In this document: piece after piece, positions 30,949 to 41,335 of the stretch
Position numbering within the stretch: the stretch's first letter is position 1
Layout of the letters: every line of letters begins with the position of its first letter
Assembly: GCA_963727775.1 (NCBI GenBank)
Contig: CAVSHB010000003.1
Span: 128,001-192,000 of the forward strand
DNA length: 64,000 bases
Direction of reading: 5' to 3'
Source of the DNA: an uncultured Nitrospiraceae bacterium
GTDB taxonomy: Bacteria > Nitrospirota > Thermodesulfovibrionia > Thermodesulfovibrionales > SM23-35
Made by a program: the position numbers and the translations under genes
Notes under the pieces: model-generated
Seen by the model: the letters and a program-made list of their open reading frames with translations, nothing else
Database searches by the model: none
What the model was told of the DNA's origin: nothing

Positions 30949-32907
30949 TTACTTCAGCACCAGGTTGAGTGCTCCTCCTACAAGTAAGGCGAATGGAGTT
31001 ATGAGCACCATCATCAACATCGCGGTTTTTAGTCCCCGCTCTTTGACGATCATAAAGAAGTTTGCCAGACAAGGCACAAATAACGTCAGCGTCACAAGGC
31101 TCACTATCACCTGATTTTCATTCATAAGTCCCTGCCTTGCAAGGTCGAACATCCCGGCAGCGCCGTAGTCTCTGCGGAGAAACCCCATGAGCAGCGCCTC
31201 AGTCGCTTTTGCGGGGAGACCCAAAAAGCTGACGACCAGAGGAGAAGAGACAGCCTCAAGCCAACCGAGGACCTTCATGCGGTCGAGCAGGAAAAGGATT
31301 ACCGTGCCCAATACAAACAAGGGTACAGCTTCCTTTAAGTACCATTCGATCCTGCTGATGGTTTTCATGATAATGTTGCTCATCTTGGGTATCCTCAGCG
31401 GAGGGAGCTCTATGAAAAAATCAGGCTTTTCACCGGGGACGAGCTTCGATGCAAGATAGCCGGCAAGGAAAAGAACGAGGATAATACAACCCGACCACCA
31501 GAGAGTTGCCCTGATGGATAAAGGTCCCAGCATGCCGAAGACCACGCCGAGCTGCGCGGAACAGGGGATTGCCAGTGATATGAGGAATGTTGCAATGACC
31601 TTTTCCCTGTTTGTCTCGAGTATCCTTGTCGACATCGCGGCCATCGTGCCGCAGCCGAGGCCGAGGATCATGGGCAGGATAGCCTTACCGTTAAGCCCGA
31701 GGTATCTGAATGCCCTATCCGAAACCACGGCGAGTCTCGGAAGATAGCCGCTGTCCTCGAGGAAACCAAATGCGAGGAAGAACGTCGTTGTTATCGGAAG
31801 AATAATTCCCAGTGCATACGTTACGGCCATCGTGAATATCCCGTATTGGCCGACAAGCATGTCCTGTATAAACGTAATGGGGATGAGGGACCTTACGGTT
31901 TTTACTAAAGCAGGGCTTAGATATTTATTGAAAAGGACCTTTTCGATAAAGTCCACGAGTGTGCCTGCTCCGAACTTTCCGACAAATTCATAAAAACCGA
32001 ACATCACAAGAAGCAAAATGGGTATCCCCATAACAGGATGCATAGTCCATTTGCTTAGGCTCCGGGCCAAAATGCCGGCGCTTTCAACATTGTATTTTTG
32101 GACTTTTTCTGTTATATCTTCCGCGAGTTTTATCCTGCTCTGTCCAATCAATGAAGAGATCGGCTCTTTTAATTTTGATTGCGCCTCATCCCTCAGGTCC
32201 TCGACCTTCTTAATGTCCCCGGTTTTGAGGTTTGTCATAAGCCATTCCTTCAGGCTCTCGTCACCGGAGAGAATCATTAAGGCCAGCGCCTGTCTTGAAA
32301 TGCTTGCCTCAGGCAGAAATCCCGATATTTTTTTTGCGTATTCCTCTATTACGGGGTTATATTTTGCGGCTATAGAAGGAAGGCGAGGGGTCAGGACTGC
32401 TTCTTTCAATCTTTGTATCCCCTTCCTCTGTGGCGCTACTGTCCCGATAACCTCTACATTGAGCAACGCACTCAAACCTTGATAGTCTATTTCTATCCCC
32501 CTCGCCCTGGCCTCGTCTTCCATATTAAGGTCCAGTATGCAGGGTAATCCCATTTCCGCGAGTTGTATGAGGAGCATGAGCGCCCTTTTAAGATTTTTTG
32601 CGTCGGCAACGAGGACAACCGCTTCGGGCTTCTCCTTCAGTAGGATGTCCCTGGTGACTTTTTCATCCTCACTCATTGGAGTAAGATTGTTGACGCCGGG
32701 CAAATCAACAACGAGAAATTTATTGTTCCCGATAGTAGTATTTCCGGTCGACACTTCAACGGTCGTCCCCGGATAGTTCGAAACGGTCACATACTTCCCG
32801 GTGAGAAGACCGAAGATAACGCTCTTGCCGACATTCGGATTTCCTATAAGGATTATTTTTTCATATTTGTGCGTTTTCTTTTGTTCTATTTTTTTCTCCG
32901 ATCTCAT
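30949..32907 (-). CDS. feoB: Ferrous iron transporter FeoB
   Basis: GNPNVGKS, NYPGTTV, DLPG, LEDSGYLPR, LFVPC; ATG overlaps the fur stop. Confidence 0.96.
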   Translation of the reverse strand: MRSEKKIEQKKTHKYEKIILIGNPNVGKSVIFGLLTGKYVTVSNYPGTTVEVSTGNTTIGNNKFLVVDLPGVNNLTPMSEDEKVTRDILLKEKPEAVVLVADAKNLKRALMLLIQLAEMGLPCILDLNMEDEARARGIEIDYQGLSALLNVEVIGTVAPQRKGIQRLKEAVLTPRLPSIAAKYNPVIEEYAKKISGFLPEASISRQALALMILSGDESLKEWLMTNLKTGDIKKVEDLRDEAQSKLKEPISSLIGQSRIKLAEDITEKVQKYNVESAGILARSLSKWTMHPVMGIPILLLVMFGFYEFVGKFGAGTLVDFIEKVLFNKYLSPALVKTVRSLIPITFIQDMLVGQYGIFTMAVTYALGIILPITTTFFLAFGFLEDSGYLPRLAVVSDRAFRYLGLNGKAILPMILGLGCGTMAAMSTRILETNREKVIATFLISLAIPCSAQLGVVFGMLGPLSIRATLWWSGCIILVLFLAGYLASKLVPGEKPDFFIELPPLRIPKMSNIIMKTISRIEWYLKEAVPLFVLGTVILFLLDRMKVLGWLEAVSSPLVVSFLGLPAKATEALLMGFLRRDYGAAGMFDLARQGLMNENQVIVSLVTLTLFVPCLANFFMIVKERGLKTAMLMMVLITPFALLVGGALNLVLK

Positions 32908-33335
32908 TTTTTTTGTTTCCGGCAATTCCTGCAATATCCCCGTATCTCGAGGGTATGACTTGCTCCTTGAAAGCCCTGCTTTTTACACACGTTCCCCTGA
33001 ATTCTCTCAAGCTCCTGAGAATAAAATTCTATGACGGCCCCGCATTGCGTGCAAAGCATATGGTCGTGGTGTGCGTGGCCGTAAATGCGTTCATAAATAG
33101 CGCCGTGCTCATCCTTCCTGATCTTTTCAATAATACCGCATTCGCACAGGAGGTTCAGCGTCCTGTAAACGGACGCCCTTGACGCCTTCATCCCGGTCTT
33201 CTTTATCTGCAAATAGAGTGACTCAGGATCGAAATGACCGTCACAAGACAAGGTCTTGCGGAGGATAGCGGCCCTTTCCTTTGTCAGCCGGCGACCGTTG
33301 TCCTTCAGGAATTTATTGAAGATTGTCTTTTCCAT
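32904..33335 (-). CDS. fur: Fur-family transcriptional regulator
   Basis: RLTKER, ASVYRTL, HHDHMLCTQCG, GYCRNC. Confidence 0.92.
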   Translation of the reverse strand: MEKTIFNKFLKDNGRRLTKERAAILRKTLSCDGHFDPESLYLQIKKTGMKASRASVYRTLNLLCECGIIEKIRKDEHGAIYERIYGHAHHDHMLCTQCGAVIEFYSQELERIQGNVCKKQGFQGASHTLEIRGYCRNCRKQKK

Positions 33336-33340
33336 ATAAA

Positions 33341-33357
33341 TTGAGATTGAGTCTCAA
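33341..33357. promoter_or_regulatory. Fur box (autoregulation of fur-feoB)
   Basis: TTGAGATTGAGTCTCAA palindrome 5 nt from the fur ATG. Confidence 0.7.
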
Positions 33358-33507
33358 TAACAATTTTATGGAATGGCCCATCTTTTTGTCAAGGTAGACC
33401 TGCCCAGCGTGTAGTTTTACATTCTTTCATCATTTATGATAACTTCTAAGCTTAAGATAGATCCCGTTTTCTCCGGGATGAGAAAAGAAAATGCAGGAGG
33501 ATTGCAT

Positions 33508-34704
33508 ATGCTGAAAAAAATTGTTCTTGCGTACTCCGGAGGGCTTGATACCTCTGTCGCGATAGAGTGGCTCAGGGAAAAATATAATGCAAAGATAATC
33601 GCATTCTGTGCGGACCTCGGACAGGGAGAAGACCTCGGGGAAGTAAGAAGGAAGGCATTAAAGACCGGCGCTTCAAAGGTTTATGTGGAGGATTTAAGGG
33701 AAGAGTTTGCGCGTGACTACATATTTCCCATGCTCAGGGCGAACGCTGTTTATGAAGGATCGTATCTGCTCGGCACGTCGATTGCGAGACCGCTGATTGC
33801 AAAAAGGCAGATAGCGATTGCCGAGAAGGAGGGCGCGGAAGCGGTTGCCCATGGCGCTACCGGCAAAGGTAACGACCAGGTAAGATTTGAGCTTACTTAT
33901 TATGCGCTGAAGCCTGATATAAGGGTCATAGCCCCGTGGAGAGAGTGGCCCTTTGATTCAAGAAGCAGTCTCATCGGATATTCAAAAAAACACGGTATCC
34001 CCGTGACGGCGACAAAGAAAAAACCTTACAGCATAGACAGGAACCTGTTCCATATCAGTTATGAAGGCGGGATTCTTGAAGACCCGTGGCAGGAGCCGCC
34101 GTCCGATATGTACACGATGATTACGCCGCCTGAGAAAGCTCCCGGCAAGCCGTCGTATATAGAAATCTCTTATAACAAAGGAAATCCGGTCGCCGTCAAT
34201 AATAAAGCGATGTCACCCGCAAAGCTGCTGGAGACGTTGAATGCGATCGCGGGTAAAAGCGGCATAGGGAGAGTTGATATCGTAGAAAACAGGTACGTAG
34301 GGATTAAATCAAGAGGTGTGTACGAAACACCCGGGGGCACGGTGCTTCATGCGGCCCACAGGGCCATGGAATCGATCACTCTTGATAGGGAGATAATGCA
34401 TCTCAGGGACTCTCTCATAACACGATATTCAGAGATGGTGTACTACGGCTACTGGTTTTCTCCCGAGCGGCTCGCCGTCCAGGGCCTTATAGACAATATA
34501 CAGGAAAATGTAACCGGCGTTGTAAGGGTAAAGCTATTTAAGGGCAACTGCTCTATAGTCGGCAGAAAGTCTCCCAATTCGCTGTATAACCCCGAGCTTG
34601 CAACTTTCGAAACGGAACAGGTTTATAATCAGAAAGATGCGGAAGGCTTTATTAAGATCAACGCCCTTAGGTTGAAGCTGGGGGCATTACCTCGGATGAA
34701 ATAA
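33508..34704 (+). CDS. argG: Argininosuccinate synthase
   Basis: [35 protein letters not shown]; start MLKK after GGAGG. Confidence 0.98.
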   Translation: MLKKIVLAYSGGLDTSVAIEWLREKYNAKIIAFCADLGQGEDLGEVRRKALKTGASKVYVEDLREEFARDYIFPMLRANAVYEGSYLLGTSIARPLIAKRQIAIAEKEGAEAVAHGATGKGNDQVRFELTYYALKPDIRVIAPWREWPFDSRSSLIGYSKKHGIPVTATKKKPYSIDRNLFHISYEGGILEDPWQEPPSDMYTMITPPEKAPGKPSYIEISYNKGNPVAVNNKAMSPAKLLETLNAIAGKSGIGRVDIVENRYVGIKSRGVYETPGGTVLHAAHRAMESITLDREIMHLRDSLITRYSEMVYYGYWFSPERLAVQGLIDNIQENVTGVVRVKLFKGNCSIVGRKSPNSLYNPELATFETEQVYNQKDAEGFIKINALRLKLGALPRMK

Positions 34705-34707
34705 ATT

Positions 34708-35792
34708 ATGTCGGATATAAGATACTGGATCGGTTTGTCCATGTTGCCGGAAATAGGCCCCATTGGTGCGAAGAAATTGCTCGCGGTGTTCGGCACGCCT
34801 GAAAAGATTTTCAATGCGGGATCTGATGACCTGCTTTCTATAGGTGGTATCGGTCCGAACAGGTCAAGAAATATAAAAAGGTTTTCAGCATGGAAAGATG
34901 TCGAAAAACAGATTGACATAATGGTAAAAAAGGGCATTGAGGCTATCAGTCTTGAGAACCCTTTATATCCCGGCATGCTCAGAGAAATAGATGATGCTCC
35001 CGTTGTTGTTTATATAAAAGGCGATATCCAGTCTCAGGACAAATACGCAGTCGCAATTGTCGGATCACGGAAGGTGACCCACTACGGCACATCAGTCGCA
35101 GCGAATATTTCAGAAGAACTTGCGTCCATGGGCTTTACTGTTGTGAGCTGCCTAGCGAGAGGCATTGATTCTATTTCGCACAAGGGTGCGATAAAAGCCG
35201 GGGGCAGGACGTTTGCGGTGCTCGGGTCCGGAGTCGATGTCCCTTACCCTCCGGAAAACAAGACCCTAATGGATAAAATCTCAGCCTCCGGGTGTGTAAT
35301 GAGTGAATTCCCTCCGGGGACGGCTCCTGACAGGGAGAATTTCCCCAGGAGGAACAGGCTGATCAGCGGCCTCTCCCTGGGTGTCCTTGTGATAGAAGCT
35401 GCTGCCGACAGCGGCGCTCTCATAACCGCGCGGTTCGCAATCGAGCAGGGCAGAGAGGTCTTCGCTGTGCCCGGGAATGTTTCGTCACTAATTCCAGAGG
35501 CGCCAATGAACTGATTAAACAAGGTGCGGTCCTGACGCGTAAGGCCGATGATATCGTCGCCGAACTCGCCCCCGTTCTAAAGGGTTTCATAAAAGCGAAG
35601 GATAAGGTTAAGATAGAAGTTACCGCAATGGAAAAGGACTTATGCAATCTGCTCTCGGTAGAGCCGAAGCAGATAGACGTTATTTCAAGAGAAAGCGGGT
35701 TGCCAGCATCGCAAGTGCTGGGGACCCTTCTTGGATTAGAGTTAAAAGGTGCGGTCAAACAAATAACAGGAAAGAGGTTTTATTTAACATGA
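34708..35792 (+). pseudogene. dprA: DNA-processing protein DprA with a frameshift near 35488 (real or sequencing error)
   Basis: IVGSR, LARGID, FPRRNRLISG, SGALITA; the other frame continues NSRGANELIKQGA...LELKGAVKQITGKRFYLT to a TGA overlapping the topA ATG. Confidence 0.85.
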
Positions 35793-38122
35793 TTTCACTT
35801 GTAATTGTTGAGTCGCCTGCAAAGGCAAAGACAATAAATAAGATACTCGGGAAGGAGTTTACCGTAAAGGCGTCTGTCGGCCATATAAAAGACCTTCCCG
35901 CAAAGGAACTCGGGGTCGATGTAGAGAAGAATTTTGAGCCCAGCTATGTTGTCATCCCCGGCAAGGAAAAAATTATCAAGGAGCTTAAGAAGGCCTCAAA
36001 AGAGGTTGATAAGATATTTCTCGCTCCCGACCCTGACAGAGAGGGAGAAGCAATCGCATGGCATATAGCATCTGAAATATCAAATAAAAAATCAAAGGAC
36101 TCGAATGAGAAAATATACAGGATTATTTTCAATGAGATAACCGAGCGGGCTGTGCAGGAGGCCATAAAAAATCCTAAAAAAATCGACATGGACAAGGTTG
36201 ACGCCCAGCAAGCGCGGAGGATACTCGACAGGCTTGTCGGTTACGGACTCAGCCCGCTGCTCTGGCGCAAGGTGCGCAGAGGTCTTAGCGCCGGTAGAGT
36301 ACAGTCTGTTGCCGTAAAACTTGTTGTGGACAGAGAGCGTGAAATAGACGCGTTCAGTCCCGAAGAATACTGGAGTATAAATGCGGAATTCGAAGGATCA
36401 AACCCCCCGGTATTCTGGGCGAGGCTTCATAAGATAGAACAACCTGAGACCGCCGGACAAACACTGTCGGACAATAAATTTCTCATCCCGAACGCAATGA
36501 CATCAAATGCCATAGTTGAGGATTTAAAAGACAAAGAGTTTGTGCTGGGCAAGATAGAGCGGAAACAAAGAAAAAGGATGCCTTATCCACCTTTTATCAC
36601 GAGCACCCTGCAGCAGGAAGCGGTAAGGAAACTGAGGTTCCCGGCAAAAAAGACGATGGTAATAGCACAGCAGCTTTATGAGGGGATAGAACTTGGAGAT
36701 GAAGGCGCTGTAGGACTTATTACCTATATGAGAACAGATTCACACAGGATAGCTCCGGAGGCACAGGAATGGTCAAGGAGACTCATCGAGAAGGTTTACG
36801 GCAAAGACTACATCCCTGAAAAACCTCCTGTTTACAAGAACAAGGCCTCTGCCCAGGAGGCGCATGAGGCAATAAGGCCGACCTATCCCGACAAAAGTCC
36901 GGAATCGATAAAACGGTTTCTTTCGAAGGACCAGTATACACTTTACTCTCTTATATGGAACCGGTTCATTGCAAGCCAGATGTCGCCCGCGCAGCTTGAA
37001 CAGACAACGTTTATCATTAATGGATTAAAAGCCGGACAGTCTGTCAGCGCATATGAACTCAGGGCTTCGGGAACTGTAGTCCGTTTTGACGGATTTATGG
37101 CCCTGTATACAGAAGGTAAAGATGATATGGAAGAAGAGAGCGGCTCGACATTGCCTGCACTGAAAGAGAGCGAGCGGTTAAAGCTTCTCAATTTGCAGCC
37201 GAAGCAGCATTTTACGCAACCTCCGCCCCGTTTTACCGAGGCGACACTCGTGAAGACACTGGAGGAGAAAGGTATCGGCAGACCGAGCACATATGCGGCG
37301 ATACTCTCTACGATCCAGGACAGGAAGTATGTCAATAAGACCGACGGTAAATTCTCTCCGACGGAGCTCGGGACTGTTGTGAATGATTATCTCGTTGAAA
37401 AATTCGGAGACCTGATAGATGTAGGCTTCACAGCAAAAATGGAAGACGAGCTTGACAGTATTGAAGACGGAAAGATTAAATGGGAAAAAGTCGTAAAGGA
37501 TTTCTATAAGCCTTTCAATACAGACCTCACAGAAGCCCTGAAAACTTCCGGTAAGGTAAAACCTAAAGATATCCCGACCGAGGAGGTGTGTGAGAAGTGC
37601 GGCCTTCCCATGGTCATCAGGTGGGGAAGGCACGGCAGGTTTCTGGCGTGCTCAGGTTTCCCTGAATGTAAGAATACGAAACCTTTGCAAACAGAAGGAG
37701 CAGAGCAAAAAGCGAACGGTAATGGGAACGTTGCACAGCAGACGGATGAGAAATGTGAGAAGTGCGGTTCACCTATGGTACTAAAGTCGGGCCGGTACGG
37801 GAAATTTCTTGCATGTTCAAAGTATCCGGAATGCAAAAATACAAAGCCTTTGTCTACAGGAGTGAAATGTCCTAAAGACGGAGGGGATCTTGTTGAGAGG
37901 CGGTCGAAAAAAGGAAAGCCGTTCTGGAGTTGCAGCAATTATCCCCAATGCAAATTCGCCTCATGGTATAAACCTGTCCCGGGGAAATGCCCGAAATGCG
38001 GGGCCGATTTCTTGTTCGAAAAATACGGTAAGAGCGGAGATATTACCTTATTCTGCCATGATAAAGAATGCGGGTACAAAGAAGCTGAAAAAGCACAGGA
38101 AGAAGCAGCAGTAACCGCCTGA
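35789..38122 (+). CDS. topA: DNA topoisomerase I
   Basis: LVIVESPAKAK, DPDREGE, SAGRVQS, ITYMRTDS, C-terminal zinc ribbons; true start 35789. Confidence 0.98.
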   Translation: MISLVIVESPAKAKTINKILGKEFTVKASVGHIKDLPAKELGVDVEKNFEPSYVVIPGKEKIIKELKKASKEVDKIFLAPDPDREGEAIAWHIASEISNKKSKDSNEKIYRIIFNEITERAVQEAIKNPKKIDMDKVDAQQARRILDRLVGYGLSPLLWRKVRRGLSAGRVQSVAVKLVVDREREIDAFSPEEYWSINAEFEGSNPPVFWARLHKIEQPETAGQTLSDNKFLIPNAMTSNAIVEDLKDKEFVLGKIERKQRKRMPYPPFITSTLQQEAVRKLRFPAKKTMVIAQQLYEGIELGDEGAVGLITYMRTDSHRIAPEAQEWSRRLIEKVYGKDYIPEKPPVYKNKASAQEAHEAIRPTYPDKSPESIKRFLSKDQYTLYSLIWNRFIASQMSPAQLEQTTFIINGLKAGQSVSAYELRASGTVVRFDGFMALYTEGKDDMEEESGSTLPALKESERLKLLNLQPKQHFTQPPPRFTEATLVKTLEEKGIGRPSTYAAILSTIQDRKYVNKTDGKFSPTELGTVVNDYLVEKFGDLIDVGFTAKMEDELDSIEDGKIKWEKVVKDFYKPFNTDLTEALKTSGKVKPKDIPTEEVCEKCGLPMVIRWGRHGRFLACSGFPECKNTKPLQTEGAEQKANGNGNVAQQTDEKCEKCGSPMVLKSGRYGKFLACSKYPECKNTKPLSTGVKCPKDGGDLVERRSKKGKPFWSCSNYPQCKFASWYKPVPGKCPKCGADFLFEKYGKSGDITLFCHDKECGYKEAEKAQEEAAVTA

Positions 38123-38123
38123 G

Positions 38124-38666
38124 ATGAGGCCGGTCATCGTAGGGATCGGCGGCGCATATAGCGGCGCCGGAAAGACCACAATCGCTTCCTTGGTCCTGAA
38201 AAACTTTAAGGGTTGGGGAGCGATAAAATATACAAAGACTTCTCTCTATAGTTCAATAACGGACAATATGGAAATCCTCTCGGAGCCGGGCAAGGATACG
38301 AACAGACTGCTCGATTCCGGCGCCGAGAAAGTGCTATGGGTCCAGGCGCCTTATTCCGAACTGATTGATATCCTTCCCGCGGCGGTGGAGATGCTCGGCC
38401 ATCTCCGGGGCATTGTGGTAGAAGGCAACGGCGCGGTAGAGGTTTTGAAACCCGACATTGTCGTATTCGTATCAGGATCGGCAAAGAAATTCAAATCTGG
38501 AGCGGACAAAATCCTTTCTGCGGCGGATGTTGTTGTCTTTGATAATGGGCCTCCATTGAAAACACCAAAAGCAGCCAAAGTGTTTAGCCTGGATAATATG
38601 GGGGAATGTGTGAAATTTATAAAGGGGCTTATAGAGAAATATGAAGATAACAGAAACAACGAATAG
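38124..38666 (+). CDS. P-loop NTPase (MobB-like) hypothetical protein
   Basis: GGAYSGAGKTT Walker A, GKDT.R...GA, VVEGN. Confidence 0.65.
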   Translation: MRPVIVGIGGAYSGAGKTTIASLVLKNFKGWGAIKYTKTSLYSSITDNMEILSEPGKDTNRLLDSGAEKVLWVQAPYSELIDILPAAVEMLGHLRGIVVEGNGAVEVLKPDIVVFVSGSAKKFKSGADKILSAADVVVFDNGPPLKTPKAAKVFSLDNMGECVKFIKGLIEKYEDNRNNE

Positions 38667-38672
38667 AGAGGA

Positions 38673-39140
38673 TTAAAATATTGTGGTAAGCCGTTCCGTC
38701 ACTTCCCGGAGACGAAGTGACAGAATGCGGATGAAACCCTTCAGTATCTTTATGCCTGTATAAGGATATTGCTGAATGAGAGCGCCCAATGATTCGTTTC
38801 TTAGCATAAGTATTGTCGTATTATCGACAGTCTCAACAGTAGCGGAGCGTTGATGCTTATCGAATACAGAGAGCTCTCCGATAAGCGCTCCTATGCCCAA
38901 TAAGGCTATAATTACCTGATTTCCTTTGAACTCCGTTTTTTTCTTAACTTCCAGTTTGCCTGAAAGGACAATGCCGATAAAATCGCCGGGATCTCCTTCT
39001 TTAAAAACAACGGTCTTTGCGGGATAGGTAGTCAATTCAAAGAATGGCGCGATTTTTTCTACCTCATCGTCATCGATTAAAGAGAATATTTTCTCTTTTC
39101 TGAGTTTTTGAAGCTGCTCTTTTATTTTGCTGTTTCCCAT
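38673..39140 (-). CDS. Stand-alone cyclic-nucleotide-binding domain protein
   Basis: VFKEGDPG, GELSVFD..RSATV; no HTH. Confidence 0.85.
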   Translation of the reverse strand: MGNSKIKEQLQKLRKEKIFSLIDDDEVEKIAPFFELTTYPAKTVVFKEGDPGDFIGIVLSGKLEVKKKTEFKGNQVIIALLGIGALIGELSVFDKHQRSATVETVDNTTILMLRNESLGALIQQYPYTGIKILKGFIRILSLRLREVTERLTTIF

Positions 39141-39192
39141 ATTTGGTCTGCCCTGCTTTATTTTACATCACGTTCATTTAATGCCGAAGCAT

Positions 39193-39633
39193 TTATTTCT
39201 TTTCAAAGATATATTTGCTGATTAAGTTCTCGATATCGACCGTTGATTCTGTTTCTGTCATTAAACCGTTGGCCTTTATATATTCTTCTGAACCGCCCGG
39301 CGAAATCTTAATGTACTTATCTCCGATAATGCCCTGTGTTCTTACGCTCGCGATGGAATCCTGCTGAATTTTAACATCCGGATTGATGAGCATCTCAACC
39401 AGTGCCTCATAGTTCTTGAGGTGTATCTTCGAAACCTGACCGACCTTAACACCTGCAATCTCGACTTCAGAGCCTTCCTTGAGTCCGGAAATATTTGAGA
39501 AACGTGCTTTGACGACATATTGTTTGGTCCCGAGCAGATGCACATCGCCCAGTTTTACGGAGAGATAGGCAAGACATATGAGTCCCACAATTAAAAAAAT
39601 TCCAACACCGGTTTCAATATTTATTCTGTTCAT
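39193..39633 (-). CDS. mlaD: Outer-membrane lipid asymmetry protein MlaD
   Basis: MCE domain: GLKEGSEVEIAGVKVGQV, GIIGDKYI. Confidence 0.92.
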   Translation of the reverse strand: MNRINIETGVGIFLIVGLICLAYLSVKLGDVHLLGTKQYVVKARFSNISGLKEGSEVEIAGVKVGQVSKIHLKNYEALVEMLINPDVKIQQDSIASVRTQGIIGDKYIKISPGGSEEYIKANGLMTETESTVDIENLISKYIFEKK

Positions 39634-40418
39634 TTATTCTCCTCCTCCTCCTCCACTAATTCGCTTTTATAAATATGCCCCATCGTCTTTTCCACAAAAT
39701 CTTTGATTATCGGATTGTCGGAGATCTGGAAAGCCTCCGGCGGAAGGCAGTCTTGAATGATCCCGTCGTGCAGCAATGCCACGTAATCGGCGAGTTTGAA
39801 AATCTTCGGCACGTCGTGGCTGACAATAACGGAGGTATATCCTAATTTTGTCTGTGTCCGGAAAAAAATATGGTATATTTCATTGCTCTTTGCAACATCC
39901 AGACCTGTCGTAGGTTCATCGAAGAATATGATTTTAGGGTTCAGCACGATCGCTCTTGCCAGGCCGACTCTTTTTCTCATCCCTCCGCTAAGCTGCGCCG
40001 GATATTTATCATTGCTTCCTTCAAGGTCCATCAGTTTCAATTTCTCATCCACAATTGCCTTTATCTCTTCTTCCGAGGCTTTTGTTCGTTCTCTCAGCGG
40101 GAGCGCTACGTTTTCGAAGACCGTCATTGAGTCGAACAAAGCCGCATTCTGAAAGAGGACGCCGAAATCGGCCCTGATAGTATTCAGCTCTTTCCTGCCG
40201 ATCTCATTGATGTCCCTGTTATATACGAGGACTTTTCCACTGTCGGGTTTTATAAGGCCGAGAATATGTTTAATGATAAGGCTTTTGCCTTGCCCGCTCT
40301 CACCCACAATGACCGTTGTCTTCCCTTCAAATATGGAGAGATTGATCCCTTTCAGCACAAGCTGTGAGCCGAACTTTTTTTTCACGTTTATTAATTGGAT
40401 CATGGGCTTCATGTTCAT
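39630..40418 (-). CDS. mlaF: ABC transporter ATP-binding protein MlaF
   Basis: GESGQGKS, FQNAALFDS, LSGGMRKRV, DEPTTGLD. Confidence 0.9.
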   Translation of the reverse strand: MNMKPMIQLINVKKKFGSQLVLKGINLSIFEGKTTVIVGESGQGKSLIIKHILGLIKPDSGKVLVYNRDINEIGRKELNTIRADFGVLFQNAALFDSMTVFENVALPLRERTKASEEEIKAIVDEKLKLMDLEGSNDKYPAQLSGGMRKRVGLARAIVLNPKIIFFDEPTTGLDVAKSNEIYHIFFRTQTKLGYTSVIVSHDVPKIFKLADYVALLHDGIIQDCLPPEAFQISDNPIIKDFVEKTMGHIYKSELVEEEEENK

Positions 40419-41212
40419 AGAAGTAGGGATGTTATAAAATAATCGACTACAAGAATTGCAACAGAGGATAATACTACGGCACTCGTAGTCGCCCTGCTGA
40501 CCCCCTCTGCGCCAAACCCTCCTTTTCTCTCAAGATGGACAAAAAAACCCTTGGAAGCGCAAATCCATACGACCAGAAGACCGAAACACAAAGACTTTAC
40601 AAAACCCATATAGACATCATTAAATTCCACGGTCTTATACATGCTGTTAAAATAAGCCCCTTCGTTTGTTCCAAGGAGTTTTACGCCTACAATGTAGCCG
40701 CCGAGAATACCGATGACATCGAATATCGCCGTAAGCAGAGGCATCGATAAAACGGTTGCGATAAATTTCGGCGCCATAATGTATTTGTGCGGGTCGATAG
40801 CCATGCATTCCAGCGCATCTATCTGTTCAGAGTTCCTCATAATGCCTATTTCCGCGCATATGGCGGAGCCCGCCCTTCCTGTTACCATAAGCGCCGTCAA
40901 TACAGGACCTAATTCTCTTACGAGGCTCAGTGCAACCGCCGACCCCAGCAACCCTTCAGAACTGAATTTGCGTAGTGTATTATACCCCTGAAGGCCGAGC
41001 ACCATGCCGGTGAAGGCGCCGGTAAAGCCGATGACGAATATCGACAGCGATCCTATGATATATATCTGCTTGGTAATGTGTGAAAGTTTATAGTAAGGTG
41101 GTTTGAGTATATTGATAATGACAAAAACAAGAAATATCACCATCCTTCCCGCATGATTGACATAGTACAAAAACAGATCGCCTAATCTTTCGAAAAATCT
41201 GAGTATGATCAT
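40415..41212 (-). CDS. mlaE: ABC transporter permease MlaE
   Basis: RELGPVLTAL..GRAGSA..AEIG.M..SEQIDAL. Confidence 0.92.
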   Translation of the reverse strand: MIILRFFERLGDLFLYYVNHAGRMVIFLVFVIINILKPPYYKLSHITKQIYIIGSLSIFVIGFTGAFTGMVLGLQGYNTLRKFSSEGLLGSAVALSLVRELGPVLTALMVTGRAGSAICAEIGIMRNSEQIDALECMAIDPHKYIMAPKFIATVLSMPLLTAIFDVIGILGGYIVGVKLLGTNEGAYFNSMYKTVEFNDVYMGFVKSLCFGLLVVWICASKGFFVHLERKGGFGAEGVSRATTSAVVLSSVAILVVDYFITSLLL

Positions 41213-41335
41213 AAGATTGATAACCGGACCTTATTTAAAATTTGATTATTGATAATATACAATATACAAAAAATACAAGGTATTGTAAAATTTTGAAGGC
41301 TTGCCGAAATATATTTTGACGTCAAAGGAGAATAA

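Noticed and set aside
35642..35788. N-terminal extension of topA in the ORF track
   Set aside because: It overlaps the true dprA C-terminal frame; the conserved TopA sequence starts at 35789.
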